Part shown: positions 21,484-30,071 of the stretch, piece by piece
Layout: each line of letters opens with the position of its first letter
Numbering within the stretch: the first letter of the stretch is position 1
NCBI RefSeq assembly: GCF_007859945.1
Contig: NZ_SJPQ01000002.1
Span: forward strand, 410,279-474,278
Direction: 5' to 3'
Source: Pseudobythopirellula maris
GTDB lineage: Bacteria; Planctomycetota; Planctomycetia; Pirellulales; Lacipirellulaceae
Length of the DNA: 64,000 bases
Program-made: the position numbers and the translations under genes
Notes under the pieces: generated by a model
What the model saw: the letters and a program-made list of their open reading frames with translations, nothing else
Database searches by the model: none
What the model was told of the DNA's origin: nothing

Positions 21484-22218
21484 CTACGCCCCGTGTCGCG
21501 GACGCTTGCGGATCGGACTGGCGAGGGCTGCGAGCCCCAGCCCCGTTGCGAGCCAACCCGAACAAGGCTCTGGGACCGCTAGAACGCTCCAGCCGAAGTC
21601 GAACAAGGACAACCGATCTAATCTCACGATCGGATCGTCCGAGTCTAAGTCGTAGTCGTGCCCAAAACCCCAAGAGTACTCACTGAACTCCCAGACCCCG
21701 CCCGCGTCGACCTCAGTCAGCAGCGTCTGGTGGGCCTCGGCAAAACTTGCGGGCACGCTCGTGTTCAGACCGCTATCGTGATTCGGGGCGTCGACACGCA
21801 ATAGTCCGCCAGACGTATAGTTGGGGATGCCGGTCGAGAAGTCGAAGTAGGTTAAGTGCTCGGTGGTGTGCAGGACGACGTCCTTGATGGGCTGTAGGGT
21901 CAGGCTGTCACCGGACGAAGACCCCCACACGCTGATCTCGATCACCCCATTGGGCTCCCAACGAGTGAACTGATCCGAGCTGGACGTGCGGCGGAAGTCG
22001 AGGGGATCGTACTCGAATGAAAGCCGCGCCCGCTCGCCCACTACACCCTGATGAGAGAGCTGGCTTACAACTCCTACACCGACAACACGGTACGTGGTTG
22101 CGGCGTAGGCCGAACTGATAAACAAGCCGTACCAAGCTGCCGCGGACAGCGCGAGCGTCAGACTCTTGAAAGAGTCGCGACCCACAAGGCGCCGCGTGAC
22201 AGGCTTGATGTTGCTCAT
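21484..22218 (-). CDS. PEP-CTERM sorting-domain protein (exosortase substrate)
   Basis: N-terminal signal peptide (start MSNIKPVTRR...LTLALSAAAWYGLFISSAYA). C-terminus ...VPEPCSGWLATGLGLAALASPIRKRPRHGA shows a PEP motif, TM helix and Arg-rich tail. Confidence 0.7.
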   Translation of the reverse strand: MSNIKPVTRRLVGRDSFKSLTLALSAAAWYGLFISSAYAATTYRVVGVGVVSQLSHQGVVGERARLSFEYDPLDFRRTSSSDQFTRWEPNGVIEISVWGSSSGDSLTLQPIKDVVLHTTEHLTYFDFSTGIPNYTSGGLLRVDAPNHDSGLNTSVPASFAEAHQTLLTEVDAGGVWEFSEYSWGFGHDYDLDSDDPIVRLDRLSLFDFGWSVLAVPEPCSGWLATGLGLAALASPIRKRPRHGA

Positions 22219-22544
22219 GAGACGGCCTTGGGCTGGAAAGAGAAAGGGCGCTTCGAGGGATGAGTCCGGCCCGACCTCTGGGTCTATCAGGCCAGAGCGA
22301 GAAGCGTGTTCACAGACAACCGCGTATATTAACCAAGACGGACTGGACTGCCAAATAATATGTTGATGTCGAAAGTGCGTAGGATAGGTGCTCGCACCCA
22401 TCTTCGGATGGTGGGCGATTGTTCGTGTCGGGCAGTCGAGTGCGGCTAGACCGTTGGCTCGGCCGTTTCCTGTCGATGAAGCGACCCTCTGGCTCTGGCA
22501 GGGAAGATGGGTGCGAGCACCCATCCTACGGACTGAGGTGCGGC

Positions 22545-22650
22545 GGGTGGCTGGGGTCGGAGCCGAAGGCTTAGCCCTCTAATTTAGCAAGTGGATGCAG
22601 CGATCGTGGTTCTCCGGGGGCTCCGCTCCGCTACGACCCCGGGCACCCGG
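22545..22650. repeat. Repeat A copy 3 (diverged)
   Basis: Same orientation. A few substitutions (gcttagccctctaatttagc; gatgcagcgatcg). Confidence 0.85.
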
Positions 22651-22717
22651 AGCCACACAGCGATGCAATCAATCGGATAACGAGAGACTCGAAAACAGCG
22701 GCCGGAAGCACAAAACA

Positions 22718-22753
22718 GGGTAGCCCAGGTTCTTGAACCTGGGTGGCGCAGCC
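22718..22753. repeat. Repeat B partial copy, inverted
   Basis: gggtagcccaggttcttgaacctgggtggcgcagcc. Forms an inverted pair with the copy at 22798-22855. Confidence 0.75.
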
Positions 22754-22797
22754 ACAAGAAGCACCGAGACGAGGTAAGCGTCAAATGGGGCGATCCC

Positions 22798-22855
22798 CTA
22801 CCCGGGGCTTCCTGTCGCCTGCGGCGACCCAGGTTCAAGAACCTGGGCTACCCGG
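22798..22855. repeat. Repeat B copy
   Basis: ctacccggggcttcctgtcgcctgcggcgacccaggttcaagaacctgggctacccgg. 56/59 identical to the 19426-19484 copy. Confidence 0.85.
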
Positions 22856-22886
22856 TTACTGTGCTCATGGGCATTGTTAAACGCGC

Positions 22887-24677
22887 TCACAAATCCACCT
22901 TCACGCTCAATTCTTTGAGCTGCTTCGTGTCCACTTCGCCGGGGGCCTCGGTCATCATGTCCGTGGCCTTCTGGGTCTTGGGGAAGGCGATCACGTCGCG
23001 GATGTTGTCGTAGCCGCCCAGCAGCATCACGAAGCGGTCTAGTCCTAAGGCGATGCCGCCGTGCGGGGGGGCGCCGTATTGCAGGGCTTCGAGCAGGAAG
23101 CCGAAGCGGTCGTCGGCCGTCTCCTTGTCGATGCCGAGCAGCGAGAAGACCTTCGATTGGACGTCGGCGTCGTGGATCCGGATCGTGCCGCCGCCCGCCT
23201 CACTGCCGTTGATCACCAGGTCGTACGCCTTGGCGCGGCAGCGTTCCGGGTCGCTGTCGAGGAACTCGACGTGCTCGTCCAAGGGCGCGGTGAAGGGGTG
23301 GTGCATCGCGCTCCAGCGTCCCTCGGCCTGCGGGTTGTCGGACTCGTCCGTGCGCTCGAACATCGGGAACTCGGTGACCCAAGAGAAGCTCATCGCCTTC
23401 TCGTCGTAGAACTTCATCTCCTCGCCGATCTTGGTCCTGAGGGCGTGCAGCACCTTGCAGGTCCCCTTCCACTTGTCGGCCGAGAAGAGCACGAGGTCGC
23501 CCTTCTTGCTGCCGAGGCGTGTGGCCATCTCGGCCAAGAGCTCCTCGGGGAAGAACTTGGCGATGTTCGAGTTGAGCTTGTCGCCCTCCTCGCACTTGAA
23601 CCAGGCGAGGCCCTTGGCGCCGAAGCCTTTGACGAACTCGGTGAGGCCGTCGATGCCGCGGCGCGAGTAGTGCTCGGCGCCGCCGGGGACGTTGATCGCG
23701 CGGACGTGGCCGCCCGCCTCGACGACCGACTTGAACACGCCGAACTCGCTCTTGGGCGCGAGGTCCGTCAGGTCGACGATCTCGAGGCCGAACCGCAGGT
23801 CGGGCGCGTCGTGGCCGAAGCGTGTCATCGCCTCGTCGTAGGTCATGCGCGGCAGCGGCAGCTTGACGTCGAGGCCGAGGAGGTCTTTGGCGAGCTTCTC
23901 CACGAGCGTGTCGATCACGGCGATGATGTCGTCGTCGTCGATGAACGCCATCTCGAGGTCGAGCTGGGTGAACTCCGGCTGGCGGTCGGCGCGGAGGTCC
24001 TCGTCGCGGAAGCAGCGGGCGACCTGCACGTAGCGGTCGTAGCCGGCCATCATCAGGATCTGCTTGTAGAGCTGCGGGCTCTGCGGCAGGGCGTAGAACT
24101 TGCCGGGGTGGACGCGCGACGGCACGAGGTAATCGCGGGCGCCCTCGGGCGTGCTGCGGCCGAGGATCGGCGTCTCGACGTCGACAAAGCCCTCGTCGGC
24201 GAAGTGGTCGCGCATGCCTTTGACGATCTTGTCGCGGAGCAGCATGGCGCGCTGCATCGCGGGGCGACGCAGGTCGAGGTAGCGGTGCTTCAGGCGGATC
24301 TCCTCGCCCGGCAACTCGGTGACGCTCTCCGACGGCGAGACGGGGGGCGACTTCGCCTTGTTCAGGAGCTTCATCTCCGTCACGCGCAGCTCGATCTCGC
24401 CGCTCTTGTGCTTCGCGTTGGCCATCCCCTCGGGGCGCGGCTCGACGTTGCCGGTGACCTGCAGCACGTACTCGGCGCGCAGGTCTTTGGAGGCCTCGAT
24501 CAGGTCGGCCGGGGTGTCGGGCGGGTTGAACACCACCTGGGTGATGCCGTAGCGGTCGCGGAGGTCGACGAACAGGCCGCCGCCGTGGTCGCGGTAGCTG
24601 TCGACCCAGCCGCAGAGGGTGGCCTGGGTTCCGGCGTCGGTCTTGCGGAGGTCGCCGCAGGTGTGGGTTCTAAGCAC
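22887..24677 (-). CDS. aspS: Aspartate--tRNA ligase
   Basis: 596 aa. N-terminal OB-fold (MLRTHTCGDLR...). Class II aaRS motifs. GGIALGLDR near the C-terminus. Confidence 0.9.
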   Translation of the reverse strand: MLRTHTCGDLRKTDAGTQATLCGWVDSYRDHGGGLFVDLRDRYGITQVVFNPPDTPADLIEASKDLRAEYVLQVTGNVEPRPEGMANAKHKSGEIELRVTEMKLLNKAKSPPVSPSESVTELPGEEIRLKHRYLDLRRPAMQRAMLLRDKIVKGMRDHFADEGFVDVETPILGRSTPEGARDYLVPSRVHPGKFYALPQSPQLYKQILMMAGYDRYVQVARCFRDEDLRADRQPEFTQLDLEMAFIDDDDIIAVIDTLVEKLAKDLLGLDVKLPLPRMTYDEAMTRFGHDAPDLRFGLEIVDLTDLAPKSEFGVFKSVVEAGGHVRAINVPGGAEHYSRRGIDGLTEFVKGFGAKGLAWFKCEEGDKLNSNIAKFFPEELLAEMATRLGSKKGDLVLFSADKWKGTCKVLHALRTKIGEEMKFYDEKAMSFSWVTEFPMFERTDESDNPQAEGRWSAMHHPFTAPLDEHVEFLDSDPERCRAKAYDLVINGSEAGGGTIRIHDADVQSKVFSLLGIDKETADDRFGFLLEALQYGAPPHGGIALGLDRFVMLLGGYDNIRDVIAFPKTQKATDMMTEAPGEVDTKQLKELSVKVDL

Positions 24678-24911
24678 GTTCTTATCTCGGGTTATGTTGA
24701 AACCACAGAGGCACAGAGGGCACGGAGGACGAATTTAAGAATGGGACGCGGATGAACGCGGATTGAACGGATCAGAATCAAAACCAAACCTGTTCAATCG
24801 GTTACTCCGCTCCACTTGATGGGGAGGGGAAAGTTCGCGTCCTATTCGTCCGTCCTCGGCGCCACTGTGGTGAATACGGTCGGGTCGAATCCGCCATTGT
24901 AAGGCGCCCGG

Positions 24912-25964
24912 CTACGCCTTGGAACGTAGCGGCAGGGAGCGGAGCCAGTCGCCCAGCCGCTGCATGCCTTCCTCGGTGGAAATGGCCGGTTTGTAGCCGA
25001 AATCTTGCCGCGTGGCCTCGATATCGAACCAGTGGTCGGTGGCCAATTGGCGGGCGACGAAGCGGGTCATGCGGGGCTCGCGGGCGAAGTCGCGACGGGC
25101 CCAGTGCTTGGTCTCCAGCAGGGCGCCGGCGGCGTAGGCGGCGCGGGCGCCGATCGACTTGCTCACCGGCGGCTCGCCGGCGAGGGCGAGGATCTGGTCG
25201 ATCCACTCCCAGCAGACGACCGGCTCGCCCTGGCTGAGGAAGTAAGCCTTGCCCGCGCAGGCCGGGTCGGGCTCGGCCAACGCGTCGGCCGCCTGCAGGT
25301 GGGCGGCGGCGGCGTTCTCGACGTAGACCATGTCGACCCGGTTGGTCCCCGTGCCGACGCGGCGGAGCTGGCCGCTGCGCGAGCGTTCGACCAAGCGGGC
25401 GGTGAGGTGGTGGTCGCGGGGCCCCCACACCAGGTGCGGCCGCAGCGAGCAGGTGCGCAGCGTGGCGCCGCGGCCGCCGCTTCCGTCGCGGGGGCGCACG
25501 GGCGTGTTGTCTTGCGACAGCACGAACTGCTCGGCGAGCGCCTTGCTGTGCGGGTAGTGGGCGAGCCACTTCGTGGGGTAGGGCGCCGAGTTGTCGACGC
25601 CGCGCTGGTCGGCGCCGTCGAACGTGACGCTCGGGCTGCTGGTGAAGACCATCCGCGGGACGCCCTGCTCGGCGCAGGCGCTCAGCAGGTTGAGCGTGCC
25701 GTGGACGTTGGCGTTGAAGTAGTCGAACCAACGGCCCCACACGCCGACCTTGCCGCCGACGTGCAGCACGCAGTCGACGCCGCGGCACGCCTCGACCACG
25801 GCCGCGCGGTCGGCCAGGTCGCCGCGCACCATCTCGACACCCGCCGCCGTGAGCTCCGGGTAGTCGCCGCGCGCGAAGCCGCGCACCGAGTCGCCGCGGG
25901 CGAGGAGCATTTCGCAGACATACCGGCCGAGGAAACCTCCGGCGCCGGTGACGAGGGCGTGCAT
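24912..25964 (-). CDS. oleD: NAD(P)-dependent 3-beta-hydroxysteroid dehydrogenase family reductase, OleD-like (tentative)
   Basis: MHALVTGAGGFLGRY Rossmann motif. YPHSKALAE catalytic YxxxK. YPEL, LRP.LVWGP and ...LTRFVARQLATDHWF segments, as remembered from OleD. Immediately downstream of the OleC-like gene. The ORF extends to 26222, but the start chosen is MHALVTG. Confidence 0.55.
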   Translation of the reverse strand: MHALVTGAGGFLGRYVCEMLLARGDSVRGFARGDYPELTAAGVEMVRGDLADRAAVVEACRGVDCVLHVGGKVGVWGRWFDYFNANVHGTLNLLSACAEQGVPRMVFTSSPSVTFDGADQRGVDNSAPYPTKWLAHYPHSKALAEQFVLSQDNTPVRPRDGSGGRGATLRTCSLRPHLVWGPRDHHLTARLVERSRSGQLRRVGTGTNRVDMVYVENAAAAHLQAADALAEPDPACAGKAYFLSQGEPVVCWEWIDQILALAGEPPVSKSIGARAAYAAGALLETKHWARRDFAREPRMTRFVARQLATDHWFDIEATRQDFGYKPAISTEEGMQRLGDWLRSLPLRSKA

Positions 25965-25996
25965 GGTGTCGTGGAGCGGGGTGAGGGCAAAAAATC

Positions 25997-26019
25997 CCCC
26001 TCCCCTGCAAGGGGAGGGG
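25997..26019. repeat. Palindrome D copy (cccctcccctgcaaggggagggg)
   Basis: Perfect 9-bp arms CCCCTCCCC/GGGGAGGGG with a 5-nt spacer. Intergenic. Confidence 0.8.
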
Positions 26020-26173
26020 CTAGGGGAGGGGTCTCGGCGTGGTTCCGCCGAAGTCTCACTCCTGCACCCAACGCCTACATCCCCCTCACGAGCAAGAAGA
26101 GGTGAGTAGAGCTCGAAGCAACTGGGCACAGGTGAGAGACGCCGGAAGAACAAAACCGACCCCCTCCCCCAAC

Positions 26174-26195
26174 CCCTCCCCCCTTGGGGGAGGGG
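26174..26195. repeat. Palindrome D copy (cccctcccccttgggggagggg)
   Basis: Same arms, different spacer. 150 bp from the previous copy and just 3' of the OleC-like stop. Confidence 0.8.
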
Positions 26196-26208
26196 AGCAA
26201 TTCGGGCC

Positions 26209-28155
26209 CTATAGCTTGCCACGCAATTGCCGTTTCGCCCAGACGGCGAGCTTCTCGCGGAAGATCTTTGAGTTGTGTCGGATGTCGACCGGCAGCGCGT
26301 CGCACCGCAGGAAATGGCGTATTCCGTCGAGATGCGGGTTTGCCCGCACCAGATTGCGGAGCGACTCCTCGATCGCCTCGTAGAGGGCGTCGAGCGTCTT
26401 GTAGTCCTTTTTCGTGAGCGCCGACTTCAGGCCAACCGGCTCGTAGACGAGCACCGGCGTCTGCTCGCCCAGCGGCCCCAGGCCGACCAGGGCGGTGCGG
26501 CCGACCATCGGGGCGGTGTTGAACACGCTCTCGGTCGGCACGGTGTAGAGCGTCCCCTCGGCGGTCACCACGCGGTGCGACTTGCGGCCGCAGAACCAAA
26601 ACCGTGTGTTCGGGCTGTCGGGCGGGCCGTCGAGGTAGCCGAGGTCGCCCATCCGGCGCCACACGGTCTCGCCGTCGTGCACCAGGGCCAGGGCGTTGTG
26701 GCGGTAGCTGTCGTCGCCCACGTAGCCGCGCGACACCTGCGGGCCGCGGACCATCAGCTCGCCGATCTCGCCGGGGGGCAGGGCCGCCGTCTCGCCGATC
26801 GTGGCGAGCGGCGTGTCGCTCAGCCGGATCACACGCCACTCGATCGACGGGAAACGCCGCCCCACGCAAACCCCCACGCCGCGGTCGGTCTTATCGGCGG
26901 TCTCGCCGAGGATCTCGGTCGAGCTGATCGTCGAGAGCGGCAGCGCCTCGGTGGCGCCGTAGGGCGTGTGCAGCACGGCGTCGAGCGCGAGCTTGCCGAG
27001 CACGCGGCGGATGGTGCGCGCCGGCACCGGGGCGCCGCAGCTGAACGCCTTGCGGAGTGTCGGGATCTGCGAGAACTCGCCGTCCTCGCGCAGGCCGCAC
27101 TCCTCGGCGTGGCGGCTGAGCCGGTCCCACACCGACGGCGAGGCGAACGCCTGGGTCGCCCGCCAGTCGTTGGCCGCGGCGATCACCTTCGACGGGTCGC
27201 ACGACGCCGGGCGGCTGAAGTCCATCTCGGGCAAAACCGTGGTCACGCCGCTCGCCACGTTGAACAAGCCGAACAGCGGGAAGCACGACAGGTCGACCGG
27301 CTTGGCGGCGTTCTCCTCGTCGCCCTCGGTGGCGCCGAGTTGGTACTGCCGCTGGATCTCGTCGGCCTGGGTGGTGAACGTTTCGTGGCGGTAGAGCACC
27401 CCCTTCGGCGCGCCGGTGCTGCCCGAGGTGAACACGATCGCCGCCGTGTCGCTCGCCGCCGTGTTGGGCAGGGCGATGGCCCCGCCGGGACGCGCCGCGC
27501 CGAGCGGCGAGGGGGCGCTCGTCTCGCCAAAGTGGCGCAGCGTGCCGAGCGACACGCCCCCCAGGCCGAGCCCCAGCGGGGCGCCGACCGTCACGTTGAG
27601 CCACGCCTTCTCGAACCGCTTCTTGAACACGCTGCGCAGCAGCTGGCCCGCCGGGATCGCCACGAAGCCCTCCGGCTCGGTCGACGCCAGGCAGCGCACC
27701 ACGTTCCGCTTGCCGAGGCCGGCGTCGACCAGCACCATCGTGGCGCCGCTGCGGAGCAGGGCGAACACGAGGGCGACGAACTCGACGCCCGGCTTGACCA
27801 ACAGAGCGATCCGCGTGCCGGGCCTGACGCCCATCGACACCAGCCCGTGGGCCAACAGGCTCGCCTGGCGGTCGAGTTCGCCGAAGGTGATCGTGCTGTA
27901 GCGCACGCCGCAGGCGGTGTACTCCTCGGCCCGCCGGCGGACGCGGCGGCCGTCGCAGCGCGAGCGGCCGTCGTAGGCGACCAGCGCGATCTCGCCCGGC
28001 TTGCGCAGGGCGGTCTCGGCCAGCCGATCGGCCACGTTCACCCGCGGCGGCCCGGCCTCGGGAAGGGGACCGGCGGCGTCTTGGGAGACGGAGGGACGGA
28101 CTTCGGGGGTGAATTCGCCAGGATGCATCCCGGCAATTGTCGCCAAGGGGCCCAT
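26209..28155 (-). CDS. oleC: AMP-dependent synthetase/ligase, OleC-like (olefin beta-lactone synthetase; tentative)
   Basis: AMP-binding motif IVFTSGSTGAPKGVLYRHETF. C-terminal RMGDLGYLDG...RFWFCGRKSHRV and HFLRCDALPVDIRHNSKIFREKLAVWAK match OleC as remembered. The ORF runs to 28377. Start chosen at M75 (28155); M84 (28128) is equally possible. Confidence 0.55.
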   Translation of the reverse strand: MGPLATIAGMHPGEFTPEVRPSVSQDAAGPLPEAGPPRVNVADRLAETALRKPGEIALVAYDGRSRCDGRRVRRRAEEYTACGVRYSTITFGELDRQASLLAHGLVSMGVRPGTRIALLVKPGVEFVALVFALLRSGATMVLVDAGLGKRNVVRCLASTEPEGFVAIPAGQLLRSVFKKRFEKAWLNVTVGAPLGLGLGGVSLGTLRHFGETSAPSPLGAARPGGAIALPNTAASDTAAIVFTSGSTGAPKGVLYRHETFTTQADEIQRQYQLGATEGDEENAAKPVDLSCFPLFGLFNVASGVTTVLPEMDFSRPASCDPSKVIAAANDWRATQAFASPSVWDRLSRHAEECGLREDGEFSQIPTLRKAFSCGAPVPARTIRRVLGKLALDAVLHTPYGATEALPLSTISSTEILGETADKTDRGVGVCVGRRFPSIEWRVIRLSDTPLATIGETAALPPGEIGELMVRGPQVSRGYVGDDSYRHNALALVHDGETVWRRMGDLGYLDGPPDSPNTRFWFCGRKSHRVVTAEGTLYTVPTESVFNTAPMVGRTALVGLGPLGEQTPVLVYEPVGLKSALTKKDYKTLDALYEAIEESLRNLVRANPHLDGIRHFLRCDALPVDIRHNSKIFREKLAVWAKRQLRGKL

Positions 28156-28581
28156 AGGGGGGTAGGTCCTCCCGGGAGGCCGCGGACCCGAAAAGCCGGT
28201 CCCGGCGGCGTGAATCGGCCCCGCGAGCGGGGGCCTTCCACAAGAAAACCTACGTTGCGATCGGACGGGTTGCGCCGGCGGCAGAGGCCCCATCAGACCA
28301 AGGCGGCGGAGCGCAACCCGCTCGTGCGGGTCACAAGGGTTGTGCCCACGGGGGATTGCCGCAGCGGCGTGCGGCATTTGGTCGCGGGTGGGAGGGCTGA
28401 AGTGTGCTCAGACTGGAGTGTGCCCTAGCGTGTCGTCAGTGCAGCTTAGGGCGCCAGCCCAACAAGTACATCTCACTGGCGGCACGCCAGTGGCGCCCTG
28501 CGCGGTGAGAGAACATCACGTTGCTTCGCGATCCCATCCCGATCATACGATTTCGTGAATATACAAGTCCCCTGAAATACC

Positions 28582-29034
28582 TCAAGGAGCCGGTTGTTGA
28601 TGAACACCGAGTCGTGAATCTAGCCGAAGATCCTTTGTCCTCTCACCTTCCGGAGTTATTATCATTACCATGGCATCATCATTTAGTACTGTCTCTACTC
28701 GAATCTCGGATGTCCCTGCAGCCAAATTGAGCTCGGCCATGGTGGGGTTGCCACGGATCATGCCTAACCGGCAAGTTTCTCGCTCGTTGTGCGTGACCGT
28801 AATCCGTTGTTTATCAATCTGAACGTAATTGTCATCCGAACCGATTTTCAACGAATCGAATGAGCGCCGTCCGGAGACCAGATCGGCTAGCTCCATCTTG
28901 AGTTCGGTACATTCCGCATGAACTTCTCCAATACGCCTATCGGCCCACGTTTCGTACCCAATCATGAATATAAGTGCGGCTACCGCTACACCCAAAGGGC
29001 TTCCCCATAGCTGGAAATATTCTTTCGTAGACAT
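28582..29034 (-). CDS. Hypothetical membrane-anchored protein in a lower-GC segment
   Basis: 150 aa. N-terminal TM helix LGVAVAALIFMIGY. No recognisable domain. AT-richer than the flanking genes. Confidence 0.4.
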   Translation of the reverse strand: MSTKEYFQLWGSPLGVAVAALIFMIGYETWADRRIGEVHAECTELKMELADLVSGRRSFDSLKIGSDDNYVQIDKQRITVTHNERETCRLGMIRGNPTMAELNLAAGTSEIRVETVLNDDAMVMIITPEGERTKDLRLDSRLGVHQQPAP

Positions 29035-29069
29035 TTCACCATCCTTTTATTGAGTAATTTACTGACATA

Positions 29070-29103
29070 CCGGGTATCCCAGGTTAAAGAACTTGAGCTA
29101 CCC
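29070..29103. repeat. Repeat B degenerate copy
   Basis: ccgggtatcccaggttaaagaacttgagctaccc. Shares the gggta.cccaggtt...ctaccc frame. Confidence 0.5.
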
Positions 29104-29131
29104 ATAGGTTACACAGACAGATCGATTGCTC

Positions 29132-30034
29132 TCACCCCAGCTGCCCGATCGTCTCCCGCACGCTCTCCGCGCTCGCCCGGAACGCCGCCTCCTCGTCGGC
29201 CGACAGGTCGGGCCCGAGCTGCTGGGTGACGCCCTTGCGGCCGATCACGCAGGGCAATGACAGGCAGACGCCCGTCACGCCCAGGAAGCCGTCGATCCGG
29301 GTGGAGACCGGCAAGGTGTGCAGGTCGTTGTGGGCCATGCTGCTGGTGACCATCGCCGCGGCATGGGCGATCGCGAAGTCGGTGTAGCCCTTGCCGGCGA
29401 ACACCTCCCAGGGCGACCTGCGGGCCTGCTCGAACAGCTCATGGAGGTCGCCCGCGCGGTTGGCCACGCGCATGCCGCCCGCCTCGGCGATGCTGATCGC
29501 CGGGAATTGCGTCTCGCCGTGCTCGCCCAGCACATAGGCCCGCACGTCGTGCGGGTGGATGCCCAGCCGCTGCGAGATCAGCGAGCGGAACCGCAGGCTG
29601 TCGATCAGCGTGCCGGCGCCGATCACCTTCCGCCACGGCCGATCGGTCAGTTCGAGGATCAGGTGCACCAGCGCGTCGACCGGATTCGACAGGACCAGCA
29701 GCACGCTGTAGGGGCTTTGGTCGGCGATCTCGGGGATGGTCTCGCGGAACATCTTGCCGTTGGCGCCCGCCAACAGCTTGCGGTTCGGTTTGTCCAAGGG
29801 CGCCGAGTGGGCGAGCACCACGAGGTCCGACCCGGAAGTCGCTTCGAGGTCGCCCGCCTCGATGTGGATGGTGCGCGCGAGCAGCGCGGCGGCGTGCGTC
29901 AGGTCCAAGGCGTCGGCGTGCGCCTTCTCGCGGCGGCGGCTCACCAGGACCAGCTCCTCGACGTCGCCCCCCATCATCAGCGCGTGCGCGGTGGCGGCGC
30001 CGACGTGGCCCATTCCGATGATCGAGACTTTCAT
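29132..30034 (-). CDS. L-lactate/malate dehydrogenase family oxidoreductase
   Basis: MKVSIIGMGHVGAATAHAL Rossmann N-terminus. LVLSNPVD, GEHGETQ and IGRKGV regions typical of the LDH/MDH family. Confidence 0.75.
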   Translation of the reverse strand: MKVSIIGMGHVGAATAHALMMGGDVEELVLVSRRREKAHADALDLTHAAALLARTIHIEAGDLEATSGSDLVVLAHSAPLDKPNRKLLAGANGKMFRETIPEIADQSPYSVLLVLSNPVDALVHLILELTDRPWRKVIGAGTLIDSLRFRSLISQRLGIHPHDVRAYVLGEHGETQFPAISIAEAGGMRVANRAGDLHELFEQARRSPWEVFAGKGYTDFAIAHAAAMVTSSMAHNDLHTLPVSTRIDGFLGVTGVCLSLPCVIGRKGVTQQLGPDLSADEEAAFRASAESVRETIGQLG

Positions 30035-30071
30035 GGCGATACCCTCCTTGGCGTGACCGGTCAGGCCATGA

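Noticed and set aside
22798-22862. Possible tRNA or tRNA remnant suggested by ggttcaagaacctgg
   Set aside because: Forms a simple 8-bp stem with a tetraloop rather than a T-arm. No acceptor or anticodon arms. Interpreted as repeat B hairpin.
24802-26010. 402-aa Arg/Pro-rich minus ORF
   Set aside because: Alternate-frame artefact overlapping the OleD-like gene and the palindrome-D spacer.
26891-28243. 450-aa minus ORF and 717-aa plus ORF 26275-28428
   Set aside because: Alternate or antisense frames of the OleC-like gene.
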